Assembly: GCA_977030845.1 (NCBI GenBank)
Contig: OZ365118.1
Coordinates: 18,228,001-18,292,000, forward strand
DNA length: 64,000 nt
Direction of reading: 5' to 3'
Source: Fimbriosthenelais zetlandica
Taxonomy: Eukaryota
The notes under the pieces were generated by a model, which ran no database searches, was not told the origin of the DNA, and saw only the letters and a program-made list of their open reading frames with translations. This document shows positions 1-10,600 of this stretch, piece by piece; the stretch's first letter is position 1, and every line of letters starts with the position of its first letter. The position numbers were made by a program, and so were the translations under genes.

Positions 1-316
1 TTAATCAACCAAGCCAAAATGGCTGCGAGATTCAAGATCCAAGAATCAGCCAATGCCGAGTTATCTCAAAGTATCAGATCTTATTCCAAACTCCCGAGCA
101 TTGACGAATCTCTGGAAACTATAGATAACATCCATGAAAGTATGGATAGCAAAATCACTGAGGAGAAGAGTGTAGGCGAGACAAGTTATAAAGATATTGA
201 CCAAAGTGTTGAGACCCTGTCATCACTTGGTTTAGAGAATGACCTCTCTATTGGGAGTCCTTTATTAAAGGAAGCTCCACACATTTGGGACACCACAATG
301 GACCATATCCAGAAAT
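1..316 (+). CDS. PLK4: Candidate upstream PLK4 exon: S/E/D-rich, non-kinase, open from window start, ATG at 19
   Basis: Stop-free frame over 1-318; donor AAAT|GTTAGT at 316/317 is phase 1 and matches the phase-1 acceptor at 425 (gives ...HIQK-C-ILKHPF). The sequence does not resemble kinase subdomains X-XI, so the assignment is uncertain. Confidence 0.45.
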
Positions 317-424
317 GTTAGTTTGTGTTCATTGTTTACTTTCACCTTTTGTAGGAAATTATATTCTGTTGAAGGTTGGAAATGAAAGTTTATTAGTTTT
401 TAATTTGTTTGTCCTTTCTTCCAG

Positions 425-3400
425 GTATTCTGAAGCATCCTTTCATAGTGAATACAGCAATGGCTGACGAATCCAACATCACTTCTTACTTCAAGGTGAG
501 CCCCCAAACTATTTCTATTAAACGTATTTAAGAAAAAGTACATTTATTAAGTAGGATCTTCCAATGATATTCTTTATTGAATTAAACTATTATTTAATTA
601 AAATTTGTTGACTTCAGGGTACGGAAGGATCTATGGACAGTGGACGGGACACTCTATCAGCGAGTACCATAAACAGCCTAGCCGCGAGTACCGTAAACAC
701 GCCCACCAGCACCCACAAAACTAAACCACTGAGAGTATTCTCATCTCCCATCATTACCACTGCTCCTTCCTCTCTTCCTTCACCTGGCCTCAGTCGAGGT
801 GAGACATTGAGTCGGGTAGAGGAGCAGTCAAGCAGCAGTCTACAACATTACCATACCCAGCAGGACGGTCGGAGTTACCACAGTACTGGTCTCATGAAGC
901 ACCCACCCTCCCCTCCAGTCAGAGACAGGTATGTGCTCAAAATATTCACATTTACCATAGAAAAGTCAGTGGATTTATATTGAGGGTTATTTGAAGAAAT
1001 AGTAACATTTTGCTACTGAAATACTGTAGAACAAATGTAAAATATAAAAAAGTAATGGAAAAAATTGAAAGTATTGGAATATAAAATATTTAAATCAACC
1101 GACAGACATGCCGAATTATGATAGTATAAACAATAAAAAAAAAAAAATTAAAAATAGCCTACAGGCTTTCCATTATATAATATTTATATCCCTTTTTAAC
1201 TATTTTTCAGTGAGCCTACAGTGAGCCACCACCGGTCCCGCTCCCGCCTCGCTCTCCACCACTCAGCACTCCCCTCTAAACCTGACTTCCCATCCAAGCA
1301 CTACAATGCCAAGGCCTACGAGGATATGAGTAGTATATCAAGTATAACCAGGGACCTGCCCCCCCACCAATACCTCCACCATCTCACACCCAGCCCACGC
1401 TTCCACCAACCCGCCTCCCTCGATCTCTCACTCGTCTATGAGACACAAACCCCCAACTTCAGTAACCACGTGGGCACGTACTCTACAAGCACTGACCATC
1501 AAGTGTATGATAATGATAAGAGTATCACCCTGCTGCACTCCGCTGGTTCCCGCAGCAGTCCCGACATTCAACAGGACCTTGCTGTGGCCTCCACCCACCA
1601 CGACTCAGAATCAGCTTCAATCTATCAAAGTCAAAAACACTCCCCGGTGCTTCAAAAAACACACAGTCACAGATCACATTCTCTACCCAGAGATCACCAG
1701 GTGCGATCAGAAGGTCCACGGTCTCCACACACCAGTCACGTGACCTGTGTGAAGGACAAGGAAGGACAGACGCTGAAGGACATGACAGGTCCCATCAACT
1801 CATCCCGGCTGAGGAGCATCAGACAGAAGACGCGCAATGTGGTGGTCAACATCCTAGATGACGGCTACATCTGTCTGGAGTTTATTAAACAGAAGTCAAA
1901 GGAGGACAGGGTGCTGGAGGTGTTCAGGATATCCCAAGATGGCAACAGGGTAAGTGGACCTTCAAAATAATCTATCTACTTTTATATAGTAACACTACCT
2001 GAAAATACTGTACTCGAAATTTGAGAGCAATACCCAAACGAAAAAGCAAATATTTATGGATGTAACTTTTTGTTTTCAGATAGGGATTTACCAGCCTAAT
2101 GGAGGGAAGGGATGCCCTGTGGAGAACAAGCCGCCTGCGCTGCCCTCTGGTGACAGCATCAAGTACTACAGCTTCACGGAGCTACCAGCCAAGTACTGGA
2201 AGCGTTACCAGTACGCAGCTCGCTTTGTGTCCCTGGTACGCTCTAAAACACCTAAAGTAACCATGTACACCAAGCAGGCCAAGTGTATGCTGATGGAGAA
2301 CAGCCCCGTGGCGGACTTTGATGTCATGTTCTACGAGGGTGCTAAACTCAGCATGACGAGTGAATGTACGAGGATCGTACAGACTGATGGCACGACGGTC
2401 AGCATAGAGTCAGAACATGGCGCTCAACACCTGGCACCGCAGGCCAAGGAGATGTGGCTGTATGCCCAGGAGGTACGGCAACTTTACCTTACATAATAAA
2501 CTCATGATTAACACAGAAAACTCATGATTAACACAGAAAGGCAGTTACTTCATTTGTTTCAAAGCGGTATGGATTCCATTTTATTTCTAAATAACTTTGG
2601 TACTTTGACGATCATTACTGATAATATTACGTTTTTCTTTTACAGTGTCATAAGAGATGTATGGAGCTGGAGAAGCTGCTGTCGTCTATGGAGGACGGTC
2701 AGGGTGACTTCTCATACTTCCCTGTGGTGGTCGGTCGCCGGCCTAATGTCACAACCAGCGGTGACCAGAAAACCAGCACACCTAAAACTGACCGAGGTCA
2801 CTCTACATGTACCACCACCATCAACTCTACCGCCACCGTAAGTCCTCTACAGTCTGACTTCTCAATTTAAATGATGGTCTGAACCTAATTTATGAAATAT
2901 TTCATTAAATAAAACCTGTTCTTGACTGATTTTTATTTCGTTTCTCGAGATCGTAAGATCGAGTGAAACTAAATATTCTTAGGTGTTGCGTAACTGTAAC
3001 AAGACCGCCTCGCCCCCGTGACCGCTTGGCGGCACGTGCCCGAGCAGGCGCCGTCAATAACTTGGCCCTCGCGCCGGTATCGCCCGGGATTTTATTTCAC
3101 CTCACTGTTGACACTGAAGTTCAACTTATGATAAAATACATTTCTCCGTGGAATAAATGCATAGAAACTTAATACGACACGGAGTAACATGTGTAAATTT
3201 GCACTGTCTAATTTATTTTTATTTTTAAAAATTATTTATTCGTGATTTATGGCGTTTTATTTGGCCATAACTAGATTTTAACATGTCCGTGTCACAAACG
3301 TTCCATGCGTCTGGCACTGTGCCAAGTTTTTTCTCCAGGAGGACGTGCTGCAAATCCTGCATGGATATTGTTCAGAATTATGAATTGAATGTAAATTAAA

Positions 3401-4516
3401 TATCACCATACTGATTTAGGGATATTTTTCTGAATCCTTACAAGTTTTTATGTGGTTTTGTTAATTATTTGCGATTTGGTGGGGTGTGGAAGTGGAGTGA
3501 TATACTGGTATGTGTCTGAGTTTGTGATGTGAGTGAGGCACCACAGCCTGAACTTGACCATGGAATCACGTGAGCGGGAGCGCGTTGCCATAGAGTAGCT
3601 TCCATGGTTACCGTTACTAGCGCGCCATATGACGACGTTGCTATGAACCTTCTTGAATTGTGTATCGTGTATTGTGTACCGTATTTTGTTTATTTTAATA
3701 CTAGGCTGTTTTCGACAAGTCTAATTCTCTAGCCTAGAAGTAGGCCTACCCGCTACCGGTCTACCTGAAATTTAATTTGAAAATCAAGGAAATTAAATTA
3801 CATCTAAAATGAGAAACGAAATTACTATACATTGTATAGTACGACTTGCACTTGTTGTTTCTATCTGATTACAGCTCCATTCGTTTGAGGGGACCATGAT
3901 GAGTCAGGCTACGTCCCGCGCGTCCGACCGTAGTCACCGTAGTCTCAGACGTACACAATCAGTGGACCGTAGCAGCCACCGTGGCTTCTCACAGCTGAGT
4001 GATGCCGATACTACAGTAGTCTCATCGACATCCACTCAGGTGGCTCAACTCTCACACATGTACTCCAGAACCGCATCCAGCATGGACCGCACTGCCGCAT
4101 CCAGCATGGACCGCACTGCCGCATCTAGCATGGACCGCACTGCCGCATCCAGCATGGACCGCACTGCCGCATCTAGCATGGACCGCACTGCCGCATCCAG
4201 CATGGACCGCACTGCTGCTAATGCTTCATCCTCCAAGCCCACCGTCCTGTGTAAGGTGTTCCTGCCTCATATAGGATGGGGGTTACAGCTTTCTAACGGT
4301 GCAGTCACCGTACAGTTCACAGACAATACTGAGATCACTATACACTCCTCACCCACAGTCGTACGGTTCACGGACAGTCACGGAACTGTTAGAAAATATA
4401 CCGACACAGAAAACCTACCACAGTTGGTGCAGGAGAAGCTGGAACTAATGCCAATAGTGATGGCTAAACTAGAGAAGGCTGGACTCTCAACTCATGTGAG
4501 ACAGAACTCGAGATAA
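425..4516 (+). CDS. PLK4: Polo-like kinase 4 (PLK4/SAK), 5'-partial. Coding exons 425-495, 618-928, 1211-1949, 2080-2472, 2646-2837, 3875-4516 (stop TAA 4514-4516)
   Basis: All junctions are GT-AG and phase-compatible. Translation gives ILKHPF (like the kinase C-terminal VLxHPF), SMDSGRDT (beta-TrCP/Slimb DSGxxT degron position), the cryptic polo box (PINSSRLRSIRQKTRNVVVNILDDGYICLEF...KYWKRYQYAARFVSLVRSKTPKVTMYTKQAKCMLMEN...FPVVVGRRP) and PB3 (VFLPHIGWGLQLSNGAVTVQF...LPQLVQEKL). The kinase domain proper is not in the window. Confidence 0.93.
4073..4216 (+). repeat. Coding minisatellite, 24 bp x 6, encoding (ASSMDRTA)6 in the PLK4 PB2-PB3 linker
   Basis: Unit GCATC(C/T)AGCATGGACCGCACTGC(C/T); only synonymous variation between units. 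Confidence 0.97.
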
Positions 4517-5228
4517 ACTATGAAAGACTTGATGGTTGGGATGAAGCTTAAAGTGCAATATGAACGTCCGGCAGTGCGCTCTCCGGTTGTTGAGTAGAGT
4601 TTGAAACGGTTGGATTTGTTGGCCAAATGTGTGCTTAATACGCAATAGAGAGGCTTATACCATCGTGGTTCTATTGAGACTGGTGCCGCCTAGACCCCCA
4701 TAAATAAACTCGGCTTCCAGTTTCTTACGTTGAATTATGGGGTGATTTTTGCCATATATTTTTTCATTTTAATTCCATTTTAACTAATATAATATATTAC
4801 TTTGGCAGCAAAGTTCTTAGCTTAGAGCAAGAATTTATATTTATTTTATCATTCTTTATATTTCTGTTGAATTATCATAAAAAATATATTACTTTTAATC
4901 CGAATTGAATTTGGAAAGTTTGAACCAAACATTCCCAGTAGGAGGTTGTGTTCTTCTCGCTTGACTGTGGCTTGTAGCTTTGTAAGAGCAAAGTACTAAG
5001 CTAACAAATACTTTTTTTCGGTCATTACAACAAACTGTTGTAGGATTGGTGCTAATTTATTTCCCCTTATTTCTGTATCAGGAAAGCTTGTACTTATATT
5101 CTTTAAAGTAAAATGTAAATAGATTAAATTTCCATAACATCGACTTAAAAATGTTTTTGTCATTGTACATTTCTGCTTGCATATGTTCATCTGTTTATAC
5201 CATTAACTTATTTTGTAGATAGCTGTTA

Positions 5229-5234
5229 AATAAA
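5229..5234 (+). terminator. Likely PLK4 polyadenylation signal
   Basis: AATAAA followed by CA and a GT-rich tract (TTGTGTATGTGTATTT), about 710 nt after the stop. A proximal AATAAA also lies at 4703-4708. Confidence 0.45.
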
Positions 5235-5289
5235 ATTTCAACAATATTATTGTGTATGTGTATTTATTTGGATCGGACAATAGCGTAAA

Positions 5290-5565
5290 AATCCCCGTAA
5301 TTTTCCTATTTGATTTTTATAACTGGAGCCTGGAGGACTCCGGCTGCGGGGAAACCTAAAAAGCATATTTAAAATAGTATCTCCCTATCCTCCTAGCACC
5401 CACCCACCACCCACCTCGAGCCACACTTGCCGGGTGAGCTATTAGCGCTCCACTAAAGGTCCTACTCTAGTAAACCGGGTTATGTCATGTCATCCCCCAG
5501 GTCAGGAGTCGAACCATGGCCTCTCACTTGCCATACGAGTGTGCTAACCACTACACCGACTGGGA
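5290..5565 (-). mobile_element. tRNA-derived SINE-like element (tRNA-like head 5565-5493; 3' boundary approximate)
   Basis: Minus strand reads TCCCAGTCGGTGTAGTGGTTAGCACACTCGTATGGCAAGTGAGAGGCCATGGTTCGACTCCTGACCTGGGGGA (73 nt): A-box-like GGTGTAGTGG, B-box GGTTCGACTCC, intact D-stem, but broken T-stem and a non-canonical anticodon loop, so not a functional tRNA. A GC-richer body follows. Confidence 0.65.
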
Positions 5566-5689
5566 CCACACATACAGATCTCTTGGTACGTCCAGGAATG
5601 AGTTATAACCGCATTCAGTACACTACCTATCCCTTTCAGGCTTTCTGGCGCCAATCTGACCCGCCTTCTTAGTAGATGATCCGTACTTT

Positions 5690-5795
5690 TCCCTCGACCG
5701 GAAGCGTACGGATTCCCATTCAGAGTAGACGGAACGGAAATACACGGGCGGATATCAATGCTGTAAACAGAGGATGTGGAGAAGCGAAAATTTAG
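5690..5795 (+). promoter_or_regulatory. Putative sacsin promoter and non-coding first exon
   Basis: CpG-rich patch with ETS-like CCGGAAG (5698), CGGAAAT and GC-box GGGCGG, then a donor TTTAG|GTAAAT at 5795/5796. The next strong acceptor (CCCTTACAG, 7604) opens the ATG-containing exon. Confidence 0.4.
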
Positions 5796-7688
5796 GTAAA
5801 TATCCATCATTTCTGCGAGTGTCACTCTATATACATGTTGTGCGTGTTGTACATGTTCTATTCATTGGGGATTTTGATGAAAATTGACGTGAAAAGACGT
5901 GTATTTGTGATAGTTTCTGTTTGTCTTGGACCTGGCTGGAGAGCGGAGCACGCCTCCATTAATTTGCATATGACTCGAGACACGAGGTTTTTATACCGAA
6001 ACTTCTGTTCCTCACTGGGTTTCAGAGTGACTTAATGGAATTTTCCAACATAGTTGCAGTCTCCGGTTGCTAATTGAGGAGTGGTGAGTGTTTTGAGTGA
6101 AATAACAGTGGATTTTAGTCAAAAATTGCCGTGTCTGTGGTGCCCTTGTGTGTCCTATGGCTATGCGTTTAGGTCAGCTGTTCCTGTTGACAGTGGAGAA
6201 ATTGAAGGCAGAAAATGGACTAATAGTTCTAATTTCAGGACCAAATGACCATCATATTACAAGGTTATTAACACAGGGGAACGAAACAAAGTAGTGTACT
6301 CGCTGTCATGTTGATTTATGTGTCACAGAGTCAGTTTGGTGAGCTGAATCATTCCTGTTAGTGTTACATCACTTGTCAGACTTGGTCACACAGGTGGTGT
6401 TGTGAAATCCTGTAGGCCTTACTTAAGTTAGGCTAATACTAGTCTGACAGGCCTAATCGGTAGGCCTACCGTAATACATGTTTATAGTTGTATAATGATT
6501 CAGTAGGCCTATAGGGGCCTACTTTTGTGTTGACATGACCAATATGTATTCAGAGTTTTATTCAGAAGTCTGAATGTATGACTAGAAATGTATAGAATAG
6601 ACCTAGAGGCTAGACATATGGAGTGGACCAAATCAATTCCCCTTGATTCTGTAAGCATATAAATCTTAATTAATTCATGATAAATTGTATTGAGTGTCTA
6701 CAAAATATTTACTGTAAACACTATACATTATATAGATTTACAGATAGAGGTTTTGGACAGTAGTGGAATAGGCTTTACTTTTTATTAAGTGAAATATAAT
6801 GCTAAATGATTTGGTAAATTTGGAGGCCCCTCATACGGGTATTACATGCACCCTATACCACATTATAAAGTTTAGAGAGGCCTCTAATGGTAAAGGTTAT
6901 AAATACCTACTTTCAAATCTATACAGGAGTTTATAATACGTGCTAATCCTCGATCATTATCACATGCTACTTTGTAGGCCCTATACCCCCCCCCCCACCC
7001 CCACCCTACCTTATGACTAAGACACTGACCTAAATGCATAGACAAAATATTTTGTAAATAAATACTCATGCAATGACGAATGTGATTTCTAGATCTTTCC
7101 CCATTTGTCAGCCAAACCAAATATATGATTAGCTTATCTCATTTTTGAATGCCAGTGCTTATCTCTAAAACTACAAGAACTGTAAACAGTCTATGTTGTA
7201 TGTACCGTAGATATATTTAGCATAAATAGGACAGTGAGTGCGGAATCTCCTTGCTCTAGTTAATTCAGTGATTGGATTACTCACAATTAATATCCTACTG
7301 AAATGAAATATTGTCAAATATTACTTCCACCTATTAGTAAGTTATACTACAAATAATATCCCCTAAAATATTAATGAAAATTTCAAAGTATTGACTCTGT
7401 ATTTCACAATTTTAGTAAGTTATGATGACATTTCTGTAAAATGATTTAAAACAGGCACTGCTGTTTAGACTTTTTGTCGGGGAGTGACTTAGCATTTTTT
7501 TTTCACTAAAGATTCATGGAGACCTGGAATGAGAGTAAACATGGATGTTATTGACTCATACACCTATATATAAAGCCTGAACCCTGAATCTATCTCCCTT
7601 ACAGATGTAAAGTGAGAGTGGGGGAAGCATGAAGATTACTGGTGCTGCCTTTATTGTCTAGTCAAGAATTGGAATAGAAGAGAACAAC

Positions 7689-10600
7689 ATGGAGAAGAGA
7701 AGGTCCCCTGCCGTGTCCCCTTCATCTAGTGACTCAGGTATGAACTATGAACTTTCTGTAAAGTTACTATATTGATATTGTTTATTGGTATCTATAATAT
7801 TATTGATTTTTGTAGAGTTTATCTTATGGTCATTGATAGAGCTATATACATGTAACGTTACTATCATAAACTATGGTACAGGGGTATTATAAATTAAAGG
7901 TACTCTATCACTTTCTATTTTGCTGGTAATTTATGTGATTAACTTTCTGAGGTTTTGTGAGTGAGGCTGATTGGTGTAAATTTTGTGTGAGGTATTTGTT
8001 AATAATCTGAGTTATTATTTGACTGATGATTCATTGAGTTAATCTTGTATTGATATTGTGTATGACCGTTATTCTAGGCTCTCTAATGGAGCAGGGTTTG
8101 TATTGAAATTGTATTGTGTATGACCGTTATTCTAGGCTCGCTAGTGGAGGAGGATCTTGTATTGATATTATATTGTGTATGACTGTTATTCTAGGCTCGC
8201 TAGTGGAGGAGGATTTTGGTCTCATTCGGCCATCTTTGATGCGCCAGCTGCGCTCTATACTCGACCAGTATCCTGACGATGGGCAGATACTCAAGGTGAG
8301 TTCAATGTGATGTTCAATTCCAGAAGGAAAGACATATTTAAAAAGTATTCAATTATGTCATTACTTGTAGTGAGTAGGGCCAATCTAAACCTTGGATTTC
8401 CTTATACTGTTTTATTTATCAAAATCTTTTAGGATTTAGCATACAATTATTTCTGTGATCGTGCAGAAACATAATGTTTTTTAATAGGAATTCAATTGGT
8501 TATGAGGATATTTCCTAACATTTATTGTAATTTTTTTACAGGAGTTGCTTCAGAATGCGGAGGATGCCCGCGCGACGGAGGTGAAGTTTCTACATGACGA
8601 GCATGTGTATGGATCTAACCCTGCCACCCTCCACCACCCCGGACTCGCCCAGTACCAGGTACTCCGATTACATCATATATTACATCATGAAATAGTAACG
8701 AATTTAATAAGTGAAACCATACCAAATCACACCAGGCGACTGCCGACTTAAGGTGTAAAATTAAATAGTTTAAAAAACAGGTAGATTTTTTTTGGTAAAT
8801 ATATATATAAATACATGTGTAAGTATATGTGTATATATATTTATGGTGTGTATTTGTCTCATCAGGGGGCGGCGTTATACGCCTCTAATAACGCCATGTT
8901 TGAGGAGAAGGACTGGACGGGTATACGGATGTTACAGGACAGTGTTAAGGAGAAGGAACCCATGAAGGTGGGCCGCTTCGGGCTCGGCTTTAAGTCAGTG
9001 CTGCACATGACCGGTATAAATCATACCTCATATATTACATGGTTCAACATGGTGGTTAGAGAGAGAAAAGAGTACAGAAATTAAATACAAATAATTAAAG
9101 AAAGAGAATATATAAGTTATAATAAAGTTTATAATTCTAAATGTCGACCTCAGTTGGAATAACAGTAACTAGAGATAGAAACGAGTACAGAAATTAGGTG
9201 ATAATAATTAAGGAAGGAGAATATGTAAGTTATAATAAAATATACATGTATGTATGTAAGTTATAATAAAATGTTTATCATTCTCTATGTAGACCTCAGT
9301 ATGAATAAGACTTGTTAACCTACAGTTACCTATATCTCATCTTCCTCACACCTTATCATTTGACCAGTTGTAGCGTTTCCATTTCCTCTGTAAGAGTAAT
9401 TTCCATGTTTATGTTGTCTATTTTTTAATTAATCTATAATGTTTATTACAGACTTGCCCAGTGTCATCAGTGGAGACCGACTAGCCATGATTGATCCTCA
9501 TGAGAAGTTCTTCACCTTCCAGGGTCAGGCGACCACGGGTTACAGCTGGAACCTCCAGCAGCGGGCGTCTGATATCCAGGTACACTTCATATTATATTTA
9601 AATTTAAGCATTTTACATTTAAATTTAAGTAATTTGAATAACCCCCACTGTTATAGTTGTTAAGTTAAGTTTTTGCATGAGATATTAGACGATTGCCGAA
9701 ATTACCAATTTTGAAGTCGATATGACACAGGTCTTTACCCTGTCCCTCATTTATTCATCGGAAATTTTGTCCAGAAAATTATCAATATAAAAACCTCACG
9801 AGACAATTATCAATATGAAAACTTCAAGAGACAATTATCAATATGAAATGCCCCTGGCTTGACGTGTTCTGCACTTGGTGCATTACAGAAATTGACGGAT
9901 CAGTTCGCCCCGTTTAAAGGCGTGTTTAACTGCGATGAGAAGTGCTTCAGGTCGGGGCTATATCCAGGCACACTCTTCAGATTCCCACTCCGCCAGGAAA
10001 CCTCCGAGCTGTCTGACACCTTATACGACTCAGATAAAGTGGAGGGACTCTTCCACTCATTCCGGGCTGACGCCCACCTCCTCCTAGTCTTTCTCAAATC
10101 AGTGGAAGTGGTGGAGCTCTACCGGAGGTCACGTGACCAAACCCAGGAGCAGCTCCAGTTCCGAGTGAACGTCAGTCAGTCATGTCTCAAACAAGTCCGT
10201 GAAAAACGCAGAAATTTCCTCTCAATGATTGACCCTGAGAAGTGGATGGATCGACCAGTGTCTGTGAACTATTACCTGGTCCTGGAGACCTCTAACTATA
10301 CTGACGGTAATCTCACCTCACAGAGTGAGTACCGCTACCTAGTCACCGAGTATTACGCCGGAGGTACTGACACGTCTATAGAGTTACGATCACTTCATAA
10401 AGATCCCAGTTTTGCACACATTCCATTAGTTGGTGTGGCCATGGAGATTGGTGAAGAACACCAGAAGCGACCAGAGGAGGATGGAGATACTGGGGTGGAC
10501 AGTGACGAACCTAAAGGCCATGTCTTCTGTTTCCTACCTTTACCCATTGAGCAGAGAAGCACCACCGGTCTACCTGTCCATGTTAATGGTTACTTCTCCA

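Noticed and set aside
4045-4242. Minus-strand ORF with (AAVRSMLD)n
   Set aside because: Antisense shadow of the PLK4 24-bp coding repeat.
5493-5565. Functional tRNA gene (GGC anticodon)
   Set aside because: T-stem has 3 of 5 mismatches, position 8 is C and the anticodon loop starts with AT; better explained as a SINE head.
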